A stretch of 64,000 nt of DNA from Gnetum montanum. Taxonomy: Eukaryota > Plantae > Gnetophyta. The notes under the pieces are model-generated. The model was given only the letters and a program-made list of their open reading frames with translations, searched no databases and was not told the DNA's origin. The stretch covers positions 126,012-190,011 of the forward strand of contig MNCI01002209.1 of the NCBI GenBank assembly GCA_015680685.1, given 5' to 3'. Every line of letters starts with the position of its first letter. Positions within the stretch are counted from its first letter, which is position 1. Positions 13,901-27,146 of the stretch are shown here, piece by piece. Made by a program: the position numbers and the translations under genes.

Positions 13901-16581
13901 AGAGACTTATCCTTGGGCATTTCCAAGGAGGATGAAGTTGGAATCATATAGATACATCAAGTTCCATGTATCGCATACAATGATAATGGGTGCAATTGCA
14001 TGTGAAAAATCTAGACCATCAAATAAGAAATCAATACAGTATGCAATCAACATGTAGAAGATATGTGTATGCAACAATGTTTGTATGCAATAGCCACCCA
14101 ACAAGAAGGCACCTAGTGACTAATTACTAAAGAATAAACAAAGTCTAAAATGTCTATGGAACCATCTAATCAAATTACAAGTGCCTATGTTGAATAAGTT
14201 GATGAATTAGAGAAATTAAGGAAGAAACACCCCTATGTTCACTCATGTCAAGAAGAAGTCATCAAGTAGGGACAACTAGAAATTCCCAACAAGTATGAAC
14301 CAGAACCTTTAGAATTCATGCCCTACTAGATGTACTAAAGTATGTATTTCTAAATAATAAGAAACCAATAATTATTAATGTCAATATTGATAAAGAATAG
14401 AAGAGAAGATTATTGGAAGTGGTGAACAAATGGCCAACAACATTTGCATGGTCCTATGATGAAATAACAAGTATTGATTCATGCATATGTTAACATTGAA
14501 TTTATAAAGTTCTAGCCATCAAATAATGCCACTAGCCTCAAAGAAGATTAAATCCTAAACTCAAAGGAGTGGTAAAACAAGAGAAATTATTAAAAGTAAG
14601 ATTCATATATCCAATAGTAGACAGTGAATGCGTCAGTCCCTTGTCATTGTCCCAAAGAAAGATGGTAAGTGAAGGGTCTACATTAACTTCTGCTTTTGTA
14701 TTTCAACAAAATTCAAGGACCATTTTCCTCTACCATTTCTTGACTAATTCATCAATGCCATTTTAGGACACCAATACTATAGTTTTCTTGATGGGTATAA
14801 TGGGTATAATCAAATCCACATTGCACTAGAAGATCAAGAGAATATCACATTTACCAATCCATGGAGGACATTTGCCTACAAGAAAATTTCTTTTGGTTTG
14901 TGTAATTCTCCTGCTACTTTCCAAAGACTAGTGTTGATCATCTTCCAAAATCAAATTGATAATGAAGTAAAGGTATTCATGGATAATTTTTCCACTTATG
15001 GGCTAAACTTCAAACAAGCATTGGACTGGTTAGAGAAGGTTCTAAAAAGATGTGTTGAAACTAATCTAAAGCTTAATTGGAAAAAGAGCCATTTAATGAT
15101 CCAAGATAATATTGTTCTAGGACATAAAGTATCTCAGAAAGGAATAGAGGTAGATCTGGATAAAATAAGATTCATTCAAAATATCACCGAAAGGCCATAG
15201 ATTGTTAAGGATGTCAGCTTATTCCTTGGCCATATTAGATATTATAGAAGATTCATTGAAAATTTTTCAAAGATAGGAAAGTTGCTAGTAGAACTAGTAA
15301 AGAAAGATGTACTATTCCAATGGATAGAATAGTGTGAGAACGCATTTGAGACATTAAAGTAGAAGTTGATTGAAACACCAATCCTTTGAGCTCCTTATTG
15401 GTCTAACCCTTTCCACATTATCGTAGATACTTCAGACTATGCACTAGGCATAATACTTACTTAGCTTAATAATCAAAAGAGACCACGTTATATACATTGT
15501 GCTAGTTGAAGCATCACTGGAGCACAACTCAACTACACCATTATAGAAAATGAGCTTATGGATGTGGTGTATGCACTTGAAAAATTCAAACATTATATGC
15601 TCAAATATCCTATTTATGTCCATAAAGATCATAGTGCCATTAGGTTTTTGATGAATAAACTAGTTGTTAGTCCAAGGGTGATACGATGGCTTGTGATATT
15701 ACAGGAGTTTGACATCACAATGATAGACAAGAAAAAAACTAAAAATTTTGCATCCTATCATTTGTCAAGTCTAAGATGGAAACCACAAGAATAATATGAA
15801 CCATTATTAGTCCAATTTCATGATGAAAATTTATTTACAAAGATAACAATGGTTGTTAACTTAATAGACAAGTCATGGATTACTACTTACATAACTTATA
15901 TCACTATACAAGACTTTCTATTCAGTGGAATAGGAAACAAAAGGCACAGTTCCTCCATAGAGTTAAATGATACATGGAAGTTAATGGGACTCTTTACAAG
16001 ATATCTATTGATGGAATAATAGATGGTGCATTCCAAAAGAGAGCTAATAAATAATTCTACAAGATGTGCATGAGGAACCATGTGACGATCACTATGCAGG
16101 TCGCAGAATAGAACTAAAGTTGATGATGGTAGAATACTTCTAGTCTACCATATTCAGGGATGCATATAAATTCACTAAATCTTGTGAAAGATGCCAATGT
16201 AATGGAGGAATAATAGTCAGAAATGAAGATCCTCAATAATGGATCCAACCATTAGAGCCATTTGATATTTGGGGAATTGATTTTGTGGGGTCCATCACAT
16301 CAATGTCAAATAGGAAATCATACATTATAATGATAGTTGATTATTGCATGAAGTGGTTAGAAGTAGTTGCAATCAACAATTGCATTTCTAAAATAGCTAC
16401 TAAATTCTTTCAACAACATGTCATGAATATATTTGGAGTACCATGCATGCCCATATTAGACAATGGAACATGTTTTACATGAGCTACATTCAATAAGCTA
16501 ATGCAACAACTTGGAGTGAACCACAAATTAACCATGCCATACCATCCCTAAGCAAGTGGTCAAGCAGAAGTGACCAACAAT
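10953..16581 (+). pseudogene. gag-pol of Athila C, part 1
   Basis: Many stops. Protease-region ALLGSGSGVNLI / IIMGRAWL; RT SFLDGYNGYNQI, LCNSPATFQR, VFMDNF; RNaseH VYALEKFKHYML; integrase FDIWGIDFVG, YHP*ASGQAEVTN, cut here by element D. Confidence 0.85.
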
Positions 16582-17644
16582 TGAAACACCACAAAATTTG
16601 GAGCCTAGTGCTTGTCCGACACCAAACAGGACCCTGGAACTCACGAACGATGTTGGCTGCATGATCGCAACACTTAGTTTTTGCTAAGTATATGGTGCCA
16701 GCGTATACACTCCAACGTATACGCAAAGATCACACGCAGCGTATATGCCCGACACTCCAACGTATACACCCGGCTCTCCGGCGTGCACGCCCAGGCACTG
16801 TAGATGCACACACTCAACGACAGGATCTCCAATGACAACATGAAGATAACACCGAAGAGCAAGGATTGAAGCAAGTGACACCCTTTGGCGTATGTGCCCA
16901 GCGTATACGCCCATCATTCCAGCGTATACGCTCGGCGTATACGCCCAGCATTCCAGCGTATACGCCCAGCAGTTGTAACACTTTGTACATTTGTAAATTG
17001 TATGCACCCGATCAACGCGCCATGTGTCTCCCATCCCGAGTCTAGCGTAACAGCCTGTATAAAACCCCCATTTTTCCACTTCATCAAGACGGTTGGCAAA
17101 AATCCGAGAACACACCAGAGAACATTTACGCTGCGCAAAATAGCAGGAAAACCTTCTTACGTTGAGAAGCCCTGCACGCTGCGGATCTAGTCTCTTACGC
17201 TCCGCTCGCCCTGCAAACCGTCCGAGTCACCTCTGTGTACGCCGGGGCTTTTCATCCACCTTGTGTTCCCACAACTGCGTTAGACCGGTGCACTGTACTC
17301 TGACTCTGTAATTCCATCATTTCATTCGCTGCAAGTTCTTTTACAGTTTTACGTCAATTTGGCCCACGCCTCGCTCACGCTTTGTTTGCATCCGTTTACG
17401 TTTTATGCTGTTTTTGCTTTGTTTACGCCTGCACGCCATTTACGCACAACCCAGCGTATTAGCATTTGCGTACGCATGGGGAAACCCTTGTCTGATCCGC
17501 GCGCGGACCACCCAAGGTACTCTGCCTCCGCTGCATTCCAGCATGCCCTTAGGCGTAGGCAGGGTCTTTTGTACGTGTCCTGCGATCCCGCGACCTCTAT
17601 TTTTTTTTCCTTCCAGCTGGAGACCGATGATTTCAGGCGGTACA
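16582..17644 (+). repeat. 5' LTR of element D (1063 bp)
   Basis: tgaaacaccacaaaat...tttcaggcggtaca; aligns with 32535-33724; rich in GCGTATACGC. Confidence 0.95.
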
Positions 17645-17649
17645 GAAAT

Positions 17650-17666
17650 TGGCGCTAGAAGGAGGG
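17650..17666 (+). promoter_or_regulatory. PBS of element D, complementary to the 3' end of plant tRNA-Asn(GTT)
   Basis: tggcgctagaaggaggg is the reverse complement of CCCTCCTTCTAGCGCCA, 5 nt after the LTR end. tRNA identity is from memory. Confidence 0.8.
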
Positions 17667-18232
17667 CCTCCTTAAAACTTACCTACAGCTCCTAGCGTAT
17701 ACGCTGTTAAGAGTCTACGCCCCTAATTGCACGCCGCCCTAACTTTCCCAGTGTTTACGCTATCCGGTTCTGAAACCTACCTTGTAATTGCCTAGCGTCT
17801 ACGCTGCACAGCGTTCACGCTCTCAAACACCACTGCTTTATTTACGCTCATCTAGTTTACGCTCTACTGATTACGCTGTGACTTCTTTTACAAGCCTATC
17901 TTTTATGCTGAGCCTGTTTTCACGCTTCGAACTATTTTATGCTTTGTACCGTTTATGCTTTGTACTGTTGTACGCTTGCCCTGTCACCCTGTTTACGCTT
18001 CCATGTTTATGCTTCCCCGTTTACGCTTCCCTGTCTACGCCGCCCTGTTTTACGCTGCCCTGTTTCACCCCGCAACCCATCTCACGCGTACGCTCCCCAG
18101 CGTCTATGCTGTATACGCTGTACACACTGTATACGCTGCCCCTATACACCGTCCATTAGGCGTGTACGTTGTCCGTCCCTCAAGACATCAACTTCGTAAT
18201 TCCAGACTTATCCATATCCGCAACGTAGCATC

Positions 18233-21200
18233 ATGAATCCTTCAAACAACATCGCTCTCACCGCTCAGACCACCGCCATGGACACCATAGTTGTCCAACA
18301 GCCCGTCGCACCACACCCGGGAATGCAGCCCACAGCGGGTCCCCGTCGATCCCTAAGGCTGCAAGGGAAGAACCCGACCTCTAACATTATTACCTAGGAT
18401 CAGTACAACTTTATCTGCATTAAGATACAAGCTGACCTAGCTATTGATCAAGCTGAACTAGAGGTGAAGAGGCAGTTTGGGTTGTATTATAGGGGGGGAC
18501 GAGAGTTCATCCCAACCCCCTACGATGTAATTCCCGTTCCTGAACAATACTCGGAACTCGTCACACAACTCCTCCTCCAAAGGAACAATTCGTTGGATCA
18601 GCCCGCACTGGAGCCCCAACCAGAGGCTGAGGATGAGTTTGCCGCTCAATTCGAGCAAGGGGAGTCGTTCCATACCTTAAGTCCTCAAGCGCAGGTCAAC
18701 CCCTTTTTCCATCCCGGCACAGGGGAACTCATGCCCTTGCCACACCTTAGATTCCTCTAAGCCCAACAGCCACCGCCAGAAACAATAGCATTAGTCCACG
18801 TCCCTCTCCCAAGCGACCCCCAACCCAATACCTTCCCACTCACACTCATCCCTACGGTCCTGGCGGGCCCATCCTCACAAGTGCAGCCACCTATCGATAA
18901 CACGGGAGCAACGCTCCCACCAAGGGTGATAGGGATGCCACACGTGATTCCGGCGTCCACATCCGCCCACTTCATACCACACCTCCAAGCATACACAGCT
19001 CCCCAAACAGCTGTAACCCAACAGGGAGTCCTCGCTCACAATGTGGCAGGGCAATGGCAGCCAAGGGGAGCGCCGTCGTACCAAGCCCCCCATCACCATG
19101 CGCCACCTCACGCAATCCCACCAGCCAATGTCCCCCAAGCACAACCCCAGCTCCAGCAGCAACAGCCACAGCATTTTCCCTATCACGTGCCACCCATAGC
19201 GCTGCCTACTGTAACCTTCCCACAAACACAAGCACCCGCGCAGCTTTCAGCCCTTCAGCCTCATACGCAACAATCTAACTTGTACGGTATATTGCAACCC
19301 CAAGCCGCCGTATCACCGAGCGTCCAAGACTGGGCGGATGCCAAGAAAATAATGCAAGAGCTTATTGAAGAGGTGAAACGCCTCAAAACGGGCGCTGAGG
19401 GAAAGCTAAAGATAGTGGATTTCTACAACGATGACCCTATCAGCTCTTCTGTCCCTCCTCTGACCCTGCCCAAAGGTGTTCCCCTACCAACGCTAACTAA
19501 ATACAATGGCGAAACAAACCCCAACGCCCATCTTATAACATTCAGATTAGAGTGCGCGCTGCTCCAGGCTTGGCCCCACGCCGTCCTTTGAGTATTCCCC
19601 ATGTCCCTCGCGGGAAGGGCACTCGACTGGTACCGAGCCTTGCCTAGGGACTCTATCCTTTCTTTGGACAATCTTTTACGCCAGTTTGTGACCTGGTTCA
19701 AGTACAATTTGAAACTCGAGGCCATGCTGGATAGCCTCATGCAGATCAAGCAAGCACCGCTTGAACCGGTGCAGAAGTTTATTCAGAGATGGAGTGCAGC
19801 TTTTAATGAGCTACATGAACCGATCTCTCCAACGTATCTGCTTACGATATTGAAAGCGGCGGTCAATGATTTTTTCAAGTCCAAACTGTATTACCTTAAC
19901 ACGCGCGACCTTAATGAGGCATTTGAACAAATCAAGAACATAGAGGAGGCGGCTCAAAACAGCCACGACCCCACATACTTGGCCTTCAGAAACCAACACA
20001 CTAAAAAGGACAAAGAGAAGGCCAAGACAACTATAGCAGCAATAGCGGGAGCACAACAAACAAGCACCACACATCAACACAAACCACCCGTGCCCCCCAC
20101 TAACTACTATCAGCGCGCTCCTACAGCAACCCCAGAGTCATCATCATAGAATTCGACGAACTGTACGCGTAACTTCGAGAGGAAAGAACCCTCTCAGTAC
20201 ACGCCTTTACCGATGAAGCCATCCCAGCTCTTTGATCAACTCTTAAAGGCTGGATTGATGCAACACAAGCAATTGTCCCCAGCTGCTATCCAAAGACATG
20301 ATCGGTTCTATCAACTCGTATAGAACCCAAGCCTAGCAACTCCAGATGAGCCACCCGTGCCCAAAGGATTTGGGATGGATCGCTTCTGTGACTACCATCA
20401 ACGCAATGGGCATGGAATGGATTACTGCTTTACCCTGAAGTAGGACATCAGAGGATGATTGATGAAGGCAAGATCACTTTTGACGGGGCTAACCCTGTCC
20501 AACCACAAAATCAGACTATGGGGGTGTATAAAGACCCCCTGAACGCTGAAGGGGCACCGTATGTAATTACTTCAATCTATTGTGATGATGAATCCAGCAC
20601 ACCCCGCATTAACACCATCTACCCCGAAAATAAAAAAGAAATGCTTGACAAACCCTACGTAGTTCAGATCCCTCCCGCTGAGTCGACACCCGCCTATCAA
20701 CCATCCCGTGCCCCGCAGCGGCCGTACGTAGTCCGAGTGCCCCCCACCGTACCCACTCCCAACACTATGACGTGCCAAAAACCATATGTGGTGCACATCC
20801 CTCCACTCAATCCTGCTGATGCATCAACCCCTCATGCTCGGCCTACCCCCTTCATAGTCCGAGTACCATCGGCCATTGCAACAACGGAGGTCCAACCTCC
20901 ACCCAGACCAACCCCGTACGTCATTAGGATACCTGGACAGGCTCCTGCCCAATCATATTCGACCGTCCATTTGCAACCCCGACTAGCTCCATACGTCGTA
21001 AAGGTCCCAGGGCAACCCCAAGCCCCCAAACCAGCTCCACCTCCACGCCGAGAACGCTTAGCCGATAAGCTTACCCAGGAACGATTGGAGAAAGAGTGTC
21101 AATGGTTAGCTCTGGGGCCACCCAAACCAACTCCACTGAACTCCATGCCTATGTCATTATCCAGCGATCCACCAAACATAGACAACAACGGTGAACCATC

Positions 21201-22340
21201 CAAAACACAAGAGCCGCATAACACGGCGGGTCCTAACGATAACGACAAACCACCAAAACGTGAAATAAAACTGTTGGGCCCCATGGACCCAGTCACTGCT
21301 GATAAAAACGTCCCCGATAGTAGAGACTTTGCAATGGCCCTGACGCAAGTCACACGAGCCTTGAAACAAAAGAACACGTCCCTAAGCTTGTATGACTTGG
21401 TACTAACGTCTCGGACTCATCGCGAAGCTCTAGTACGCATGCTGACATCGATACTGGTTAGTGAAGACTTGCCCCCAAGCGAACCGAACATTCATGCGGT
21501 GATGTACCCCTCTCACGAGGTAGGTCCTAAGCCCTTGAGCTTCCACGATGAGAACATCAAAGTGGAAAAAAAGACAGGTGAGACAGCAACGGTCCCTATG
21601 TTCATACCTATACATGTAAACCAATTCAAAATACATAGGGTACATGTAGATGACAGGGCAGCTACCAACGTCGTACCCTATCCCATCATCGAACAATTGG
21701 GACTTACCGATTCGATCAAACCCACCACAACCACATGTTTAAAGTCATTTAGCAGGTCACGTGTACTGGTCAAAGGCACGATAACCTTAGACTTCGTAGC
21801 AAGAGACCAGTTCCCCACATCCGCTGATTTTCTCGTTGTCGATGAAATGCCAGGCTTCAACCTAATATTAGGAAGACCCTGGCTAGCCCAACTCAGAGCT
21901 GTTTCCTCTCCTATACATCAGAAGATTCACCTACCCTATGAGGGTGGTGAAATAGTCATGGGGAAGCGGTTACTCCCATTATTTCATCTCACATGGACAG
22001 CGAACAAGGCTCCGAAGTTGAACTCGACAAACCTGGTCAAAAGGACTCAAACAAAAGGGAACTGGTGGGTAGTAAACCTTCAAACACGGGACAAGAGCCT
22101 GAAATCAAAAAACCTGCATCTAACACTGTACACCAGCCACCCCACGACGAAACTAACATGGAAACAACGACTGATATCGAAATGCCCGAAAATACCGAAA
22201 CCGAAAACATTCGAACAGACATCTCCTGGGCCGAATTTCCATTCAACGTGATCAGCGAGGGAGACGGGGAATACAAAATCGTGCCAGTCAGTACACCCCC
22301 TGACATAAAAATCAGGAAAATCAAAAAACAGCTAAAATGA
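18233..22340 (+). pseudogene. gag-protease ORF of element D
   Basis: ATG 18233 is in frame with ORFs 18464, 18881 and 19601 (stops consistent with CAG/CAA/CGA>T). Motifs KYNGETNPNAHL, MSLAGRALDWY, YTPLPMKPSQLF, knuckle CDYHQRNGHGMDYC; protease IHRVHVDDRAATNV...FNLILGRPWL. Frameshifts near 20450 and 21960. Confidence 0.9.
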
Positions 22341-22354
22341 ACCCTCTCGTCCGC

Positions 22355-22630
22355 AACGACGTTAAACTATAACTAGTCTAAAAAGACATTAAACTACGAT
22401 AAAACCCAAAAACACAAAGAAACAATAATAAACAGCAAAAACAAAAAAATTACAACACTCCGTGTTTGAAAAGACGTTAAACTATCATATCCGCAATGAC
22501 ATACAACTAGCCACGATCAGCAACAGTCGGTCCACTACGAAACATCCACTTTCCCTAAAAATCATTTGTTTACAATGGGGCCCGAAATGGCCTTAAACTA
22601 CGCATGGAGGCCCGAAATGGCCTCAAATTA
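22355..22630 (+). repeat. Dispersed GAC-N3-AAACT / ggcccgaaatggccttaaact repeats at left end of the PR-RT spacer
   Basis: acgacgttaaacta, aagacattaaacta, aagacgttaaacta, and ggcccgaaatggcct(t/c)aaa twice. Confidence 0.7.
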
Positions 22631-22875
22631 GCGCGTATCTTGTTTTCCTTTTACACCGTTTATCTTCAATGTGTCATTTTTAAAACAAAAAAGCAAGCCA
22701 AAAACATTTTAATATCGTATCGTATGTGCGAACAATTTAAAATCAACAAAAAATATTTATTTATGCAATGTTGTACAAATAATGCCTGTTTTTCTCAGCA
22801 TTTTTCAGTTACAATGCCCGTGTCAACTGAATCAGCAAAAACCACTACAAAGAAAAGAACAAAACTACAAAGGCA

Positions 22876-25800
22876 CTAAGCGTCCGTGACAGGAGGATCA
22901 TCTCCCTTAGAACCACCAGTGTCAGGGGCCCCCGCTCCACTAGGGCCAGCCTCGTGTGTATCATCACCACATTCATACTGAAAACACCAAAAATCAACAA
23001 CCAACATAAAAATGAGCAGATGTTAAAACTTTAAACCTTATCCAATAAGTTAACTTCGTAAAGGCAAAACGCTTACCATAGGGGATCCCCCTAAGCCAAA
23101 CTCCAGCTGACGAAGGATCTCCTCCTCTGGGATGCTGGCCCAATCTGTCCCACCCAGGCCTAGGTTAATGTTTGCCAAAGCCTTGCCTTTGTCGACCNNN
23201 NNNNNNNNNNNNNNNNNNNNNNNNNNNNNNNNNNNNNNNNNNNNNNNNNNNNNNNNNNNNNNNNNNNNNNNNNNNNNNNNNNNNNNNNNNNNNNNNNNNN
23301 NNNNNNNNNNNNNNNNNNNNNNNNNNNNNNNNNNNNNNNNNNNNNNNNNNNNNNNNNNNNNNNNNNNNNNNNNNNNNNNNNNNNNNNNNNNNNNNNNNNN
23401 NNNNNNNNNNNNNNNNNNNNNNNNNNNNNNNNNNNNNNNNNNNNNNNNNNNNNNNNNNNNNNNNNNNNNNNNNNNNNNNNNNNNNNNNNNNNNNNNNNNN
23501 NNNNNNNNNNNNNNNNNNNNNNNNNNNNNNNNNNNNNNNNNNNNNNNNNNNNNNNNNNNNNNNNNNNNNNNNNNNNNNNNNNNNNNNNNNNNNNNNNNNN
23601 NNNNNNNNNNNNNNNNNNNNNNNNNNNNNNNNNNNNNNNNNNNNNNNNNNNNNNNNNNNNNNNNNNNNNNNNNNNNNNNNNNNNNNNNNNNNNNNNNNNN
23701 NNNNNNNNNNNNNNNNNGAAGCTCCTAATCATTAAACGAGCCATACCTATATCAGGGTGGACTTCTTGGAGATGCTCAATAACTTCTTCTGCGATTCCAT
23801 CCACAAAATCCAACTTACTTGGCATCTCTGACCAAATAAGTGGTTGACACGTACGGGAAGAACTAACCTCAGCGGTCCCTTCAGGGGGAACCATCTTCAT
23901 AGGGACGTCCAACCGTACCGTCCTAGTATCGCTGCCTTCATCTAATCCAAAAACACGAAAATAGATAAAAAAAGTAGGAGCCGCAATTAAAAAAAAACAA
24001 ACAAGCGCAGTCATACCCTGATCCTTGCCACCTTCTGGGGGATCATCCAAATCCAACTTATCCTCGAGGAAGCTACTAAACATTTGGTTGATAGAATCCT
24101 GGTCATCTAAAGGTGCAGTTTCAGTTGTCTTCTCCGTTAATGGCTCTGTTCCCCCACCTTGGCTCTTCTCCGGGCTTTCCTCCTCATTGTTCTTCTCTGT
24201 GTGCGTATCCTCCTCCTCTCTGATGGTCTCCAAGGCTTGTTTCCTCACTACCCCAAACCGAAAACAGTAACGACACATAAGCAATTGAAGCAAGGGTTAT
24301 ACATAAACGAAAACGATAAAATGATAAGTAGAGGGGCTGCATTCACTTGGTATCTTGAAGTGTATTTTCTTTGCGCGTGGCTGGTTTATTTCGGCGACTT
24401 GTTCTGTGGGGTGTTCGGGTCTCTTCAATTTCGACTTGGCTTTGCCAACAGTTTCCTTGATTACCCGCTCTGCCCGTCTGGCGGTCAAAGGTACATCCGC
24501 TGGCTCCATCCCCAGGCTGTCCCACGTATGGATGGAACTGCCGGACGATCCCCCTGTAGTAACAGACACGGACTCATCGATACCTTCTGGGGCATCCTGC
24601 AACTTGGTAGTCGCGTACAAATGCTTGACCCATGGACGGGATAGTTGACCCCGATCTCGTAGGACAAACTTGTTGTCCGCACACACCACAAGGAACTCGG
24701 TGAAACGGTGAAGATAGCCAGCAAAGAGGGCAAAAGTGAAGTGCGATTGTGCTTCGATATTCATGCGCAACCGCACAATCTCCTTATGCATGCCCGCCAA
24801 CAAAAACTGAGCCCAATTGTACCGCATCTCAGTTTCCAAAATCGTCCGCATGATGCGTACTGCCTCCACCCCAAAACTCCGCACCTGAGAAAGAGTTTTG
24901 GGAAATACCCGTGCTCAAAACAGGGGATGCAGTTCGTTTACCTCAAAAACCTTTGCCTTCCCCTGCATTGAGAACCCCTTGGTGCCTTTCGTCACACCAA
25001 GCCAAGACTCCAGTTCACGGATCATTTGGAGCTCTTTGTGAGACCTATCCAACACTATGGGTAGGCCATCTGCCGACATGTCGAATAAGTTAGAAAAGAA
25101 TACAGGCGACAGATGGAACACCACCTTGACACCCTTAATCCGGGTGCTGTACTGAGAGACAGACTCATTGAAAGAGTCCACGATCCCTATCATTTCCCTG
25201 ATTGAGACATTAGGGCTTGGCGTCATGAAAAGCTCTAGGAGGCATGCATCATCTAGGCAACGAGTGAGGGACGACAGGGCTTTCTTACGTAACCACTTCT
25301 GCGCCTTCTCTACTCCCCCGAACTTCATCGACAAAGTCATCTCGGTTCGTCCAGTTGTCACAGGGTCCCCACCTGAGGGTTCATCAATTGTTAAAACAAG
25401 TTAAAACAATCACATCGGTTTCACCCCAAATAGTTGAACGAAGCCACTAACGCATGTAATAAATGCCACTACTCACCGTTAGTGGTAGATTTCGAGGTAC
25501 TGCCAAAAATATGAGGGAAGACTGGTCTCTCATCTGTGCAGTCCTCGTGCAGCCATCCACGGGCTTTGCACATCACAAAAGCTCTAGAAAATTGCTCGTG
25601 GAAGCGAACCATCGAACCCTTTGTCTGAGCCAGTACGGCCCCACGGAGAGTGGGAGCCATCATAAAGGCCTCTAGAGCTGTGCAAGTGAGGGCTATCCCT
25701 TCCTCCTCAATCAGAGTCCCATCTGGGTTAGTCTTTGGCCTGCAAATAAACGCATGTTAAAACCAAAAAGTAACATCAAACGACGACCGATGAAGCAAGA

Positions 25801-26953
25801 AAGTCAACTGGTCTTACCTGGTTATTCTGTACACTGTGCCAGGAGGATTCTGAAACAGGGTGTGCACGCGGGCAGCTATAAATAAAGTGTTGTTAATATA
25901 ATCCAACCCTGGTGGCAACAACTCCCACACACGCGTTAACGGACGGGTTGACTTGGGCCCGTGAGTATTACCATCTTCATCAACAAATGGGCCCTCGTCA
26001 ATGTCTTCCATGAAGACCACAACGCCCTCTGCGGCTCCTAGCAGTAACGCATCAACTACACTGCGTGCAGTCACCTCATCAAAAAATGACAACATAACCA
26101 CCTTGATGAAGTGGTTAACAGGAAGGCCAGAAATTCGCCAGTGCCTTCCCTAAACCAGACTCCCTTATTATCCATAATTAGAGCTGGGGGAAGATCGTCA
26201 TCCTGAACGGGTCCAGCCCACGTCAGAACCCCGACGAGCTCAACCACTATGAGGAAACGTTTGCTATCCCTGCAACCAATTGCAATGAAATGAAAGTTTA
26301 CATAACAGCAAAAAAAATCAAAAAATAAACCAATTGTTCATGCCCAGCGTATACGCTGTACGGAGCTTGTACGCCGAACAAAACCAAGATTCAAATGTAG
26401 CGTATACGCTGAACTCAGCGTATACGCCGGACGAACTACATTAAAAAGCACTTAAACCCAGGGTATATGCTACAAAACTTATACGCTGACGTCCGAACCC
26501 CCCCCCTCGCACAACGTATATGCTAGTAAAACCCTCAGCGTATACGCCTGAATCCGCCGTCAACGTCAACAGACCACGCCACAAGTGCCAGAGCCAGACG
26601 CGTATAGCGTATACGCTGAACAAACCCTCGGCACATACGCCCTCGCCAAACACGATTTACGCCAAGAAAATACGTCGAATAACAGATGCCAATAAAACGG
26701 ATGACAATCTACGTCATGCAATGATGCGGGCGTGCATGCCAAAGAAACCCTCAAACCCTCTACGCTTGATCGTCTACGTCAAAAGAACCAAAACAATAGC
26801 AGAGACAGAAATCAAGGCTTACCCGTGGGGCATCACGGGCCACTCCAACATCTTCGGCCTAGGCAGGCCTTGTAGCATCGCCTTCGTTTCTTTGGCGAAA
26901 GTTAGGTCGGAACCCTTCTTCCCTTGGCCTTCCACTTCCTTGCCCTTGCCCAT
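22876..26953 (-). pseudogene. Antisense multi-exon accessory gene of element D: degenerate FCP1/NIF-like HAD domain, plant-transposon-protein-like domain, acidic tail
   Basis: Exons (minus): 26953-26823, 26269-25818, 25739-25477, 25390-24347, 24247-24017, 23941-(23747 or into gap), (gap)23197-23077, 22977-22876. GT..AG introns join the ORF-track pieces in phase. Lesions: a 1-nt deletion near 26115, a TGA at 24917-24915, and an AG>AA acceptor at 25391. Confidence 0.8.
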
Positions 26954-27146
26954 TGCGAAGTGTTCACGCTGACTATCGAAGTGCATGCCGAGCGATTTTC
27001 TTCGAGTTTGGCGTCTACGCTGGGTTGTCTGGCATCTACGCTCGGGTCTCTTGGCATCTACGCTTGGGAAGTTTATGCTTACGCTTACACAGGTCGTACC
27101 TTACACTGTCACTATTGAAAACAGGAAACAAATGGACCCCTCATCC

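Noticed and set aside
16490-18240. Many overlapping 65-145 aa ORFs in D's LTR and leader (also 32627-33748), possible Ogre ORF1
   Set aside because: Low-complexity translations of GCGTATACGC repeats (AYTL/RIRP/GVYA), not conserved in frame between the two LTRs.
22876-26953. Antisense gene as an independent nested transposon or resident host gene
   Set aside because: No TIR, LTR or TSD of its own; intron 1 carries the D-specific LTR palindrome; decay level matches D.
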